Under the pieces are notes generated by a model that saw only the letters and a list, made by a program, of their open reading frames with translations, was not told where the DNA came from and did not search any database. Made by a program: the position numbers and the translations under genes. From assembly GCF_964355755.1 (NCBI RefSeq), contig NC_092675.1:20680912-20744911 (forward strand): a DNA stretch of 64,000 nt, read 5' to 3'. Positions 37,401 through 52,400 of this stretch are shown in pieces (position 1 is the first letter of the stretch; every line of letters begins with the position of its first letter). This DNA is from Antedon mediterranea (taxonomy: Eukaryota > Animalia > Echinodermata).

Positions 37401-40400
37401 ACAATGTTTTTTTAAGACTAAAGTAAAACTATGGCAATAAACACACTGTTACTGCTGTATAGAAAGTTTACCTAACTTTCTTGCAATCGCCAACTTGCAT
37501 CTGTACAAATACAATATTTAATTTTTTTCAACTTTACTGTATTTATAGAGGGTAACTCTTCCAGCTGGACAAATTAATGCCAGTTGATATTCAGGGGCCC
37601 ACATAACTATTTTAGAGTTTTACTGCACGTTTTCATAGTATTTTCTTTTTTTTTTAAATAAAATTCAAATCAATTGTACTACCTTTATGTTCGTCACTCA
37701 CCTATATTCTATGTGTGTATAAATAAAAAATTGTTCTTTTACCTAATAAAAAAGTGCATTGCAGTAATTGTACAGTATGAAACAGTAATTGTTAACCTTG
37801 AGATAGATTTTAGAGATAGCTTTTTTTATCTTATTTTTTTAGGTTGTAATTGGTGGTCGTAATAAGTACTTGATCAATGGTAGCAATGCCAATAACAGCC
37901 GTGTTCAAGATCTGTTCTGCTCTGTTCAACTTAACGTCAACAATCCTCATTTCCTTATCATGCAAGGAAGAATCACAAAAGTGTTGAATATGAAACCACC
38001 AGAGGTACTGTACAAATGCAAAGTGAAAAAATGCCATTCTTTTTTCACTAAACAATTTGGATCACTCACAAATAATTATTTGTTCTTGTTAGTCCAGATG
38101 CAAAGTTATTGTAGAAGGCATAATTTAAGCAGGTGTCCCCTAAAAACATGAAAAATGAAGATTAATTAAATCAGACTTTGATTTGAATAGGTTATTTTGT
38201 AGTGTTAATCACAAATAAAAAAATAATGTTTTCACTTATAAAATGACAAAATAAATGGTTAAATTCAACCAAAAATCCATTGGCTGGCAGCCAATTTGAC
38301 TATGTTTTGCTTTAAATTACATTTTTTTCAGGTAATAATTTTTTTTTCGATCCAATTTTTGGTCAAAGTGGATAACTATTATATGATATTAAAATGGCAT
38401 ATTCAAAATGGCTACTCCCACAGCCATTTCACTCTTTAAGTTTCAGCCCTCAAATTTAAGACTTTTACAGTATTCAGAAAGTTAACTGATCATTTTTTTA
38501 GGCATTCAAAATGATTGGTTGATTTCATGTACCATGCATTATTCAATTATTACCAATAAAAGCTAAATTTAGAAAAATTGATTTGTTAAAACAAGAATGC
38601 ACATACAGTGGAATGCCTTGTTGCATTGACTCTATATAGATTTCTGCGGTGTGATGTCACAACGGTAGATGGCGCTGCGTGGTTGTTAGCGCAACCAAAA
38701 ATGCGTTCAACGCTATATGTTAATAAACACTATATATTTGTGTTTTTATCAAGTTATGTATCTTAGCTTGATTTTTAAAACTTAAACTGTAGTTGAAGAA
38801 TAAATAGATTATTAAAAACAAATAGTTAGTGATCTTTTGAAATTTTAGTTTGTTTTTATTGAAAATTATTTAAAATGACTACTTCAATAAGCCTATTCCA
38901 AACCATTGTTGAACTAGGAGTCCAGGTTGAACGCATTTTTTGGTTGGCTAGCAACCATGCAGCGCTACCTACCATCCACGCAGCGCCACCTACTGTCGTG
39001 ACGTCCGCACCTCACAACTCTATATATATATTTTTTGGGTTTTTGTACTATGAGTTCTTAGATAAGATTTTTTTGTCTTTTGTTATGGATATATTATGTC
39101 ATGGTATTCCGAAATAAAAAGATGAATGAATGATATAATGAATGTTTTTGTGTTGAATGGGAAGAATGTTTTCAAGAGGAGAGGTGAACAATAGCACAGT
39201 TTAGGCTTTCAACCCATGAACAAATTTCCCCATTCAACACATTATTTGCACACTATTTATTCAACTGATTGTGAGATGGCCACATCTTTATTCCACACTT
39301 ACACAATTTTATTATGTGGTTCATCTCATGACTGATTCATACTAAATAAGTTAAAAAATTAATTGTAGTTTGTGTAGTTAATCTTTTTGTCCTAAAGTAA
39401 TCCCACTATTAATTTGTCTGAGTGAGCATCAGTACAATTTTTAATCTCACATTAATATTTTGCCAGTATTTTCTAAAAATAGTATTTAATTATTGTTTGT
39501 TTTTCGCTCCTAGATACTGTCGATGATTGAAGAGGCTGCTGGAACCAGGATGTATGAGAATAAGAAGGCTGCTGCTCAAAAAACTATTGAAAAGAAAGAC
39601 GCAAAGCTCAAAGAAATTGAATCGGTAACTGTTTTAAAAAATTAATTTATATAAAGTATTTAAAGGCAAAAAGAAAATAATAATCCTAATATCAAAGAAA
39701 GATTATGAATTGTAAAAAACAAATTGTACTCCAACTAAGATTTGAACTCAAATCTTCTGCTTGGTACCCAGATATGCCATTAGACCACAATCAGGGATGT
39801 AGCTAAAAAGCTGGATGTGTAGGGTGGGTGGCTGGGAAAAAATAAATCAGCACCTTCAGGTATCTAGAGGTGTTGTATTGATGTATTGATATAAAGAAAT
39901 GCTGGATGAAAGACCTTAAAATATAAAATTAACTAAAGCATCAGATCTTTATGTTATATAAGCAATTATTATTATTATTATAGTAAGTGGTAACATTTTA
40001 CGTCTTATCTAAACCTCTGTCTACACTAAAAATGTGATGTCATACGTCAACATTTTTTTCTGTAAACAATTCATTTGACAGATTTTGAAAGAGGAGATTA
40101 CACCAACACTTAGCACGTTACGTCAAGAACGCTCCGCATACTTAGAATATCAAAAGGTTATGCGAGAGCTTGAACACTTAACCAAGCTTCACATAGCCTA
40201 CCAGTTTATGACAGCTGAAAAGATTAACAATGAATCTACTCAAGGCCTACAGTCAATTACCGAAGCCATATTGAAACTCAAGGACAGAATTAAAGAAGTA
40301 AGTACTGTACAAGGTCTCGTTGAATAAAACCCTTTCAAATGTTCCTTCAATTTGCTATCAAGCAATTAAAAAAATCTTAAATAGTACAGTGTAAATATTA

Positions 40401-43400
40401 TTGTAGACTTAATGTTGTATGTTTTATATTCATATTGATCATTTAAATCAATATTTTCTACTAGAGAGCCTATACATTTTTTTTTTCAACTCACCATCTT
40501 TTTTATATCAAATTATTAAAAGTGTCACACTTGAGTTTAACAATTTTTCTTTTAGCATTCAGTATTTTTTTAAACATCAACAATCCACAGTTAGTTTTCT
40601 AGTAAAAATTAGTCTTGCACTCTATTTAATATGTGGGTCACCCTGATTTAGCAATTGATATGTTTAGATGCTTTAATCTATTTTTTTTAAGCCAGCCCAA
40701 AGTTGACTTAAAATTAGAGCAGAGCTGGATACTGTGTCTGCTCTAAACCAGGAAACAGGGTGTTGGGTCTATGACTGAATGGTTTTTAATGTAATTGAAT
40801 TGAATTGAAATTTATATTTATACTGGGTAACCTCTTCAGTCAAAGACTGGTCTCCCAGAGGGCCCAGTTGGTGATCAGTGGCTGTGATGTACTAATACAC
40901 TGGGGTAACCCCCTACTCGTCTCGAAAGATGTACTAGGTTCTTTAAAGTGCACACGAGCTAGATGTGTACACTGGACCTACGGTTTATAGTCCTTATCCG
41001 AGAAGACTCGTTCTACCACCAGAACCATGGAGCGAGTGAGCCTCGAACCCCTGCCGATGTTATGGCTACGTAATTACGGTTCCACTGTCTTAACCGCTCG
41101 GCCACTCACTCACTAACTGAAATTTAAAAGGTTTTAAATATACAGTCACAAACATTTTTTTTTTAGATTGATGATACATTACATGCTCTCGGAGAAGACA
41201 TACATAAACTACAAAGCCAATGCGAAGAGGAGGCAGCCGGTTCACTGAAAACACTTGAAGCTAAACTTGTTGAAAAACAAATTGCGGACACAAAGATACA
41301 AACGTCTCTGCAACACAAAAAGGAAACACTAAACAAAGAGAAGAAAAGTCTGAAAGATCATATGAAGAGTAAAACCGAAGTAAGATATTTAACAGATTTT
41401 GTAGTTTGTAGTATAATATATTGAAAGAATTATAAATATACTAATGATCTGACACATAATGTTATAGTTTTATATATGCTAGGATAGACAGTAAAACGTA
41501 TAATATTTTACCTGCCTACACACATTGAGTGATGTATGTTGGCCAGCTGCCAAAGATACTAACCAACTTTAAGTTCAAGTTTGCTTTATTTTATTGGTTT
41601 TTTGATGATGTCATTCATATCATAAGGCAGTCATAAAATCACTGATTTGTAAAATAAGATTTTACAAAAAATCAAAGGCCAAGTGTGAATTTAGATAAGG
41701 GGTTGCTACACTTCCTTCCACATTAGGGACTTTAGGAAACACAACGGGAAGCCACAGGACGGTGCTCATGAATAATTTATGCAAGTGCTTTAACAAAGTT
41801 GGCGGAGCGTGAAATTTTATCGTCTTAACTTTTAGAGGACGATGAAGTTGTCATCTTCCCGTTTACGGAGAACGACTAGAAATAATGTATATATAACCTT
41901 TAATATACAGTTCAAATTACACTTAAACGTGGAATTTGAAAAACTCTTAAATAATATTTGAATTTTTTGTTTAATGAAATAACATTTTTATTGGGTTAAA
42001 ATGGCTGTGGGACTGTTAAAGCGGCTTTTGAATGTGATTCAGAACGGCCCCATGCCAAAGGAAAGGGAGAGAGATATACTGCCGTCGTCTTCACGCAAGG
42101 GTGCGTAACTAATAAAACAGCTATGTTGACTGTTTATGATTTTACGCAGCATATTCGTCGTCCTCCCCTTACCGTCATGTTTTGTAAAGTCCCTATTGTC
42201 ACCCAGTGGCTTCTTGCATGACTGAATAAATAATTCTATACCATATACCTACAATTTTATTTTTTCTAGGATGAAAATCTTTTGAAGGCCAAGGAGAAAG
42301 AGATTGAAGATAACAGTGCTAGCTATGCTAAACTTCAAGAACAATCCACGACAGATGCGGAGGGTTATACTACTGCACAGAAAAAACTACAGGCAGTCAT
42401 ATCCGGCCTAGCTAACGATGATGGAACTGATAAAACTCTTGAAGCAGAATATCGAGGTTTGTTGAGAGTGAGAGACAACATGTCATTTCATTCATTTCTT
42501 TATTTCGGATATTACATCCATATACAAATCATACACAAAAAAAAGAGAAACAATTACACCAGAAAATTAACAATTTCCACAAAACCAACCTATAATATCC
42601 TTAAAAAACAATTTGCACCAATGCTGATGTACGTTGGAAGTACGGTAATTATGGTTTGAATCAGCCTATTGCAACTGTCATGAATTCTGTTCTTAAAACT
42701 ATGTATAGAGTTCCTCCAATATTCATAGAAAGAGGGAAGATAGTTCAGGTGTGGTATATCATGTCTTCCATAAACAATACTTCATGCAGAAAAAAATGTT
42801 TTTGATTTCAATCTTTATTTTTATTTACTTTTGTCTGAATATAATAGTAAGATGTTTAATTGATTATGTAAATAGTAAAGGTGAAAACTATTCAAGAGTG
42901 AAACAAATTTGACCTTATTGAGACTCAAACTTGGATTTTCTTCATGATATTTACTAAGTTGACTCCATGACTCCTGTGCTACATCCCAAACATTGTATGG
43001 TGCAACAGCAGCAACACATTAAATTAATATGATCGACATCTTTATTCTAAATTGTGCTAGACACTAAACTGAACCCTTTTTGGTTACATGGAGTAGTAAT
43101 ATGACATTTTCTTGATTGTCAGTATTATTATTATATATTGTGTCTTTTGATAAAATAAATGTTGCCACTGAGTAAGTATTTTATTTCATAAATTATTATT
43201 TCAATAGAAAATATTTCCTTTACTGATGTCATTTGTCGTAACAGATTGTACAAATGAGTTGACGACTGCAGGAGATACACTGAAGAAGGCACAGATGAAA
43301 TGGAAAGAAGCACAAGATGGACTGAAGAAAAAAAGTGCAGAAGTGAAAATAACAGAAAATGAGTATGAAAAACAGAAGAAAATCCTTGACAAAGTCACAC

Positions 43401-46400
43401 ATTCTAAAGATGATATTGAGGTATGTTGACTAGTGTTTAGTTATACTCAGTTAACAATGCATGAATGATATGTTGTCTCTCTGCATTTGAGAATTATTTC
43501 CTATAAAAAAAATAAATTTCATACAGTCAACTTTCCCAATACCGGACTCTCTGAAAACCTGGAAACTTTCCCAAAACCAGATTTTCTTGAGGACCAAAAT
43601 GTTCCAAATTCATTTTTACCAATAAAAACACATTCCTAACACCAGACTTTTCAAACAACCAGACTTTTCAGAAAACCAGACATTTTAGCCCAGCTCAAAG
43701 ATGTCTGGTAATGGGAGAATTGACTGTATTAAGTAATAGCCCATATTAATCTGCATAATGGTTGTTGTTTGTCCTGTTGCACTTGTAATTACTTTAAACA
43801 AATTCAGTAAAACACCGAAGAGGAGGTAGAAAGAAAACGAAAAATATACCTGTAGGTAAAAATAGCCTAAATATATGTTTTAATAATGTTAACTGCTTAA
43901 GCAAACATAGGATTTATGAAATTGAAAAGTTTATATATAGTAAGAGTATTGATATACTTGGTATTGCTGAAACACACTTAAAAGAGAGCAACGCAATCTC
44001 TATTAAAGGTTATAACTGGGTTGGGAAAGAACGTAACGGGAAGAAGGGGGGTGGTATTGGGTTATTCCTATCAGACAAAATAGTGGTTACATCTGAAAAT
44101 GTTTTAAACTGTATAGATGATGATTTATATGTTTTTAAATAGTAAAGCAATTATTTAGAATCACCTCTTGTAATTTGTTACAGTCTGAGATTAAGAAACT
44201 TGGTTTTGACGGTCAAGTGGAAGAAAAGTTGTTACACGAAAGGCAGGCATTGTCAGTAGAAGCTGACAAAATTCAAGATAAAGTTGTTAATTTAACAGAA
44301 AGGTATGCAAGGCTCAGGATGTTGTATCATTCTTGTTTATTTCGTATTTAGGAAAAATGTTGATGTTGTCAGTACACATTCTGTTTAGCTTCAAACAAGA
44401 TAAAATTCTAATTTAACAGTTCATTAGACAAGGATAAGAATTAAACCTATGCTTTAGTTATTAGAAGGCATGAGATTATGATGTGCACTAAGAGGAATCA
44501 GTACCAGAATTAACCATGTCCAATGCATGCAAACACTTCCTTAAATGGGTATAATTATTTTAAGAATTTTTTTTATTGTAAATAAAAGAGAGTGGTATGG
44601 TTAAAATTAAATAAGTAATTACCCAATGGATATGATATCAGGACTGTTGCTTGTGATTGGTCAACTCATCGTGTTGCGTCCAAGTGGCATTAGGGTCCGC
44701 CATGTGTCAAAGCATGAGATTGAGACCTATTTCTGTTATCTTGTTTTGTCCTTTCTATTGCACCTATGAACTATATTATTTTGTATATATTATGCACAAA
44801 AAATTTTTCAACTCTGTAACTAGTAGATGACTTACCACATGTCTAACAGTAAAATTGTATTTACAGTATATCAAGCAAACACACATATGTTTGAATATTT
44901 CAAATGCTATGAAAATTAATTTAATCAGACTTATTACTTTGCTTTTTCAAGGTTTCCAAGCTTGCAGTTTGAATATCGTGATCCAGAAAAGAATTTTGAT
45001 CGTAGTAAGGTGCATGGTCTTGTGGCGCGTCTCATGAAAATAAAAGACGTGAATGCTGCCACCGCTCTGGAGGTATCTGCAGGACGAAAGGTCAGTAGTA
45101 CTTCCATTTCTTTTAGTTTTTTGTATGAATTAATATGATTTATATCCTTGACATTTTATTGGCTGATCGTATCAGATCGTATATTCACCTGGATAATCAA
45201 TTTCAATATCTTTGTGCCACACAAAACCAACCTGAACAGGACAGTATATGTATTGAAAGATTTCATTGTTCTTGAATAGAACAATTTTTCACATCATGAA
45301 AATATTCTTCCCATTCAACTAATATACATTCATTATGTCATTAATAAAAACCAAAAAATTTATTATGAATTCAATCAACTATTTGTTTTATTCTTTCAGT
45401 TATACAATGTAGTAGTAGATTCTGAACTCACCGGGAAAAAATTACTGCAGAAAGGAGAGTTGAAGAAACGTTACACCATCATTCCGCTTAATAAGATCTC
45501 TTCACGTACGTTGAGTGCAGATGTGATCAGCAGCGCTAAAAAGCTTGTAAGTATTGAAGGAGGTATCTAAATTACGTATATAGGTATATTTCACAGGCCT
45601 TGTCTTTTAAAAATTATAGATGTGCTACAAATTGCACTCCTCAATACATTCAGGGATGCTGTAGGTCTGCTGTTTGTATTTTGGTATTTAGAAGTTTACC
45701 AAATTTAAGCGTGTTGTAAATTACACTCCTCAAGGGCGGTTTAGGAGTGCATTAGGTGAGTGATCGCACTCGCTCGCCGCAAAAAACAAGGCCTGATTTT
45801 ATGTTGCTGGTTATTTATATATTTAAACAATTAGTATTGTTTACTTATATTATCCCTGATTTTGTTGTATTTTTCTCTGATTCAAATTCTTTTTTGTTTT
45901 ATCCTAGGTTGGAAAAGACAATGTGTCCTTCGCCCTTTCACTCATTGGATATGAAAAAGATGTAGAAGCAGCAATGAAGTTTGTGTTTGGTTCAAACTTT
46001 ATCTGTAATAAGATGGAACATGCCAAGGCAGTAAGTTAGGCCTTGTCTACACTATCAAACTTTATGTGACAAAAAAATTTGATGTGCCTTTATATGGACA
46101 TGATGATGTCATATCACTACCATATTTGAGCATATCACTACCATATTTGGGCATGCTAGTTTGACAGTACTAAATATAAAGAATTGTTGATAGTGGTGAT
46201 CTGGTACCATGAACACTCTGTGTATCCTTGCCATTTGATTGGTTGATTTCGTATCACATTTCATGCATTATGTTTTCCAATTTCAATGATTGGCAATACT
46301 ATTGCTGATTGAACTTTTTTGTATAAAAATAGAAATTGATGAGCCTGAATATTGAGTAAATATAAATAATTAATGTTTGTTATATGTTGAATGAGAAACC

Positions 46401-49400
46401 TTCAACTCATGTAAATATTCTTCCTACTCATAAACATTCATTATTTGTATATTACCACGTTATCAATAGTACCAGAACCTTTCTCATCCAATAAAAACTA
46501 CCTAAGCCTCATGTCAAGACTTAGTTTAGACATTCTGTGATTTTTATGCTAATTGTGTAGAACAGTGTTCCGCAAGCTTTTTTGACCGCGACACCATGCT
46601 CCTATTTTGGGAATTCTCGCGACCAAACATTGCATATTTGAGTTTACAGCTCGTCAAAATAGGAAAAACTGTAGATGTAAAATGTAATCAGTGTTGTAGA
46701 TTCTACAAAACTGAGAACATTTCATATATAGATCACTGTATAATTTAGTTTCAGTATCGTAAACAATTTTGCGATTCAATTTTTGTTCGCGACCCAAACA
46801 TTGGGTACGGAACGGCGGTGTAAAGCAATGTTGATTATGTTGTATTGCATTGTGGCTGTAAATTTCAATAGGATGCATTGATTATTATAAAATGTCCATG
46901 TTTTCTTTTTAGGTCACATTTGATCCCAGAATAAAAACAAGAACAGTGACCCTAGCAGGGGATACTTTTGACCCATCTGGAACTCTTAATGGAGGTAGGA
47001 ATCAATATTATTGAATATATTTTTATTGTCAAAATAATTGTCCAGATAATATCTTTACAGTACATATTAAATTAAAATATATAAATTATATTTGAAAAAG
47101 ACCAACAACTAAATTTTGCTTGTCTAAATTAACATTTATGCCAGCTTCTGAGATTTTATTTGAGCAGTCAAAACAAATATTCTTATAAATTGTATTTACT
47201 GCCCTTTTTTGTGTGAACTTGTAGGTTCCAGAAGCAAGTCATCAACTGTTTTAGCTATGTTATCTGAGCTGCAGGATGCAGAAGACAGGTTGAAAGAGAA
47301 ACAACAAAGACTTGGTGAGGTTGACAGTCAGCTTTCTAAGCTTAAGAAGTCATCAGAAAAGTAAGTACAGTAGACCCCTATTTTGAGTCGTCGTCTTCTA
47401 CTTGTGGAGTTTCTCCCCATAGTCTGGAATTTAAAAAACATATATTGATATTTTTTTTTTGTGTCTTTTGTGAGATTCACTCACTTTTATTTCATTCTTT
47501 ACAATTGTTACAATAATCTATATCAATTTTGTTTCAGTAGAAAACTATCTCTGCAGCTTAAAGTTTTTTTTTGTTTTTCTTATTTTTAGTATTTCACATA
47601 TATAAAAGTTAAAGCATTTAAAAAATAGACAAAAGTTATATAAAAGTATACATCACATAATATAGGTTCACAATTGCCATTACAACATCACAAAATAAAA
47701 TATACTGTAACTCATATAGCACCAGTAAATAAAACTAGTAAGGTAGAAACCATACTAGAATACTAAGTATTGTGTCGTAATAATATTTTCTCGTGTTTTT
47801 AGCTTGTTATTGTTTAACAATTATACATTTTTACATTGCTAAAATAATATTTTTTACCTTTTCCCATTTTTTTATGCTTTCCTCTCTTTTATACACTCTA
47901 TCACATTCCATTCTGAATAGAATTCCTTGTTTAAAAGATTTCCATAAATTAAAATAACTTTTATTTGTAACATCAGCCAGTATCTTTTGTTTATAAACCG
48001 TGAAAGCAGCAAATATAAAATCAGTAAGAATATTTCTTGTTCCAATTACCAGATTTTGAAAAGACATGTTCATATGATTGGTACCTTTTAAAACAATCTC
48101 TATTTTTGTCCAAAAACCTTGAATAAATTTACAAGTAAAAAACATATGCTCCTCATCTTGTACCTCTCCACATCTACCACATATATTAGTATCTTTTAGT
48201 TTCCAGATAAACAACCTTTTGTTTGTTGCTAAAATTCTATTTAACAGTTTGTAATTAAAGTGTATTAATTTTTTATCTTTCATTTTACAAACTTTAGATA
48301 ACCAACATGACTTCCAATCAATATTCAAATTATGAAAATATTTTTCCCATTTTCCTTGACAAACTGGAGGGACAAAAATTTCCTCCACAAAACAGAGATA
48401 AATACTCTTTGTTGTGATGTCCTTATATCTATTCTTAATGACATTTTCTGTTATATTATAATAACAATATTTTACTAGGCCCCTAGTTTGTTATCTATAG
48501 GTGAAAAATAATCGGCCTATGTCAGGTCTTGAAAGGGTCTACCATACCCATTGCTTACTCCACTTTTTTTTTAAATAGTACCCTGTATGATGTATTTTTA
48601 AAGGTTAATAGCACTCTTATTTTTGTTATCTATAATTTTAGATATCATCAGCTTAAAGAACAGTTAGATATGAAGTTGCATGAAATAGAAAGCGTCCAGA
48701 CTCTATTGCAGGAGAGTACCCACTTCCAACAGTTGAACACGATCAAGAAACTGGAGGCATCTGTTGGTAAGGCTAGCTTGCAATTATTAATGTACTGTTT
48801 AATGTACTGGTAACCGGTAGGGTCGCTTCGCAATTGAACATTTTACCAGTTCCCTTCACAAGTCTTAGTTATGTGCCAATATCTGTGTTTCTGAGAAGGA
48901 TTTTCCAATCTATTCCATGATGTTATCTACTCAATTTTTCTTTTTAAGTTTATTTTCAACATCACCTTCCTTGCATGGATAATCAACCACTGTCATAGTA
49001 TCAACATAAGGTTCAATGCACCCATTTGCTATAGTGAGATAAGGACATCCATGAGTCCTGGAGTTCCAGTGTACACCTCTGGCTTGTGTGCACTTAAAAT
49101 AACCCAGTGTATATTTCTAAAAAAGCAGGGGCTACCCCAGTGTACTAATCCATCTCAACCCCTGTCATTATTCACTACCAATCCTACCTGTTCAATCATG
49201 TTTGATTTGCTATATATTATAATAAAAATGAAAAATAGACATTTATTTATATTTCAATATTCTTAAATTTAGAGGAACAACAAAAAACTGTAGAGGATTC
49301 TAAACAAACACAGATTGAGATGAAGGAGAAATTAAAAACTTTGGAAGCCAAGTTGAAAAACCCCAAAAAACAACGAGATCAAGAGATAAAGGCAGCTGAG

Positions 49401-52400
49401 GATCAAGTGAATAAGGCTAAAAAACTTTCTGAAGATTCAAACAAAAATATGAAATCTAAGCATGAGGTGAGTGTGTGCAGTTTATCTACAGCTTTTATGA
49501 TATTAGTTTTATTTATAGCACAACGTTTTCCCAAAGACATCAATAAAAGTTAGTTATCCTATAGGCAAAACCACTATTAAAGGACACTTCGAATTAACCA
49601 AAGTGTCCTTTTGTAGGGGTGGGTCATAGTTTTAGAACATAATTGTATTGCCCTTTGCTTGTTTTCTAGGAATGTGTTCTGTCTGCACTATCACGGTTTA
49701 TGTGACAACAAATGTGATATGCCCATATATGGACACGATGACATCATATCACTACCATATTTGGGCAAATCAAACTTTTTTTGTAAAACTAGTAGACATG
49801 AGCTTTATGTTGGACTTATCATGTAATTCTAAGACCCAGTGGTCTAATTGTAGAATATAAAAAAACAGAAGCCCTGATTTTGAATCGTGACTTGTTTCAT
49901 TCTCACACATTTTCTCATTTGTATTACCACTATGTCTGTCTACACTATCAAACTAGTTTGACAAATAAAGTGTAATGTGCCCAAATATGGTAGTGATATG
50001 GCCAATTATGGTAGTGATATGACATCATTATGTCCATATGGGTACATCACATTTTTGTTGTCACATAAAGTTTGATAGTGTAGACAAGGCCTTAAAGATT
50101 CAAATTATTACTATTAATTGTATTTTTCTTGCAATAGGAGATGCAAATGTTGAAGATGGAAGCAGAGACGCTTCGACAAGATTTGACCAAATACGAAAAG
50201 CAGATACAAACAATAAATGAGACCATTAACGGTTTAGAGGAGCAATTGGAACAGGCTAAAGAAGCAACTAAGAATTCTGCGGTAAGACCCAATCAATTTA
50301 TATATTTCTGTAATTGTGGTCCAGCTATTAACTATTTTAATATAAATTTCCCCAAAAATACCCTAATCTTATTGAAGATCATAATTGTTTTAATGTTTTG
50401 TGCACATATGTATATATGTAAAAGGACCAAGAGCTAAACATCCTGTTCGAAGAACGAGTGAATGGGCTGGAAGACAACTGACATGCATGATTAATTTTTC
50501 TACAGCACCCTCTTATTTTGGTTTTGAATTTTTCTCAGTGGTAACTTTTTACTTTAGTACAAAATGTGCTAAGAGAGAACAAAATTCTGACCAATCAGGT
50601 ACGGTGTTACAGTGCTTGTCTTTTCACAGTTTTATCAAATATTTATACCAATTTTGAAATAAATAAATAAAAATGATAATAAATAATATAACAAATGTTT
50701 TATGCACATACAGTATTATGTGAGGTGTATGTGTACATACATATGTATTGTTCATTTTATTATTATTTTAATTCATAATTTCGTATATTCGTATATTTTC
50801 TATTGGCACTTGCAGCACAAGCAAGAGATCATTTTTAAGTTTGTTTATAAATGAAAGAATAAATGCTATTTTGATTGATTGATGTTATTATAGGAAGCTG
50901 TAAAACAATGTCAAGATGAGCTTAACCAACAAAAAGACATACTGACAGAACGTAACCAAGATATAAATGCTAAGATAGAAGAACAAAACCAACTGAGCAA
51001 AGAAGAGAACAATATCAAGTTACAGGTTAAAGAGAATGAACATAAAGCAGGCAAGATCAATAAGGAGAGTAAGGAGGCTGGCAATAGGGTATGTATACAG
51101 TCACTCAAAACTGGAAAATATTTAGCTCCAAGAATTTCCTAATTTCTATTGTAATCAGAAAATGTAAAAGAGAACAAACCAAGGCCGTAGTAAGAGGTTA
51201 AAAACAGACGAAGCAAAGATGCTTTAAATATAATTATTAATATAAAATACGACAAGCTGTGCTGGGGATTAGGGTGAGTGGTGAAAACTGAAAAAAAATA
51301 ACTGCCTCATGCTGGCTACGGCCCTGCAGACATATAGGGCTAGCCCACAGGGGTCTGACACTGTGGGATTTTTTAAAGGATTGTAGTAATGCGGTGAGCA
51401 ATGGAAACATGCTCAGAATTTTTTTAGCATGCATAGAATGACCTTTCGACTCAATATGTGCATAGTCTAGTAGCACATCATGAATATGAAAGGTTGTTAG
51501 TTTTCATATTTGATTAGTTAGCTTTTGAAATTATCACCTGGCTGACTTTGTATGTTGCTAGTCCAAATGAAACGTATAATATAATATTAATTATTAGAAA
51601 ATGAAATATTATCTTGTCACTGATCAGATATTGTGATTGTGGAGTAAAGCTCTGTCTACACTATCAAACTAGTTGCCCAAATATGGTAGTGATATGCCCA
51701 AATATGGTAGTGATATGCTCAAATATGGTAGTGATATATCCAAATATAGTAGTGATATGGCATCATCATCTCCATATATGGGCACATCACATTTTTTGTT
51801 GTCACATAAAGTTTGATAGTGGTTTAGGGTGGTGATTGTTGTTCGCTAGCCCATTAAGCATTATTGTACTAGCCTAGCAGGCACAAAGACATATTGATTT
51901 CCTTGGATTACGGTAGTTATTGCCAGAAATGTACTTCAAATTAACACATCTATTACAGGTTGAAAGTTTACTTGCAAAATATGAATGGATCGCCAACGAA
52001 AAGCAGTATTTTGGACAGCCCAACACAGGCTATGATTTCACCCAGAATGATCCTAAAGAGGTTGGAAGCAGGCTAAATAAACTGAAAGAGGTTAAAGAAA
52101 ACCTTGCAAAGAATGTTAATCTGAGAGCAATGAGTACTCTGAGCAAGGCTGAAGAAAAGGTATTTATTAAAATCATTGGTAAATCATAACAAATAAATTA
52201 TAACACATTAATAAATACATTTTTGAATTCTGTATTTAAGAACTATTTCTAAATATACCTTTTTACTGTAAGCCTAATTAATATTTTTCATAACAATATT
52301 TAATGGAGAATATATTTAATGAATACAATTCTAATTTTTGATGTTTCTAATGTTAATGATGTTTGTAATTTGTGAATATTTCTTGCTTTTAAAATTGTAT

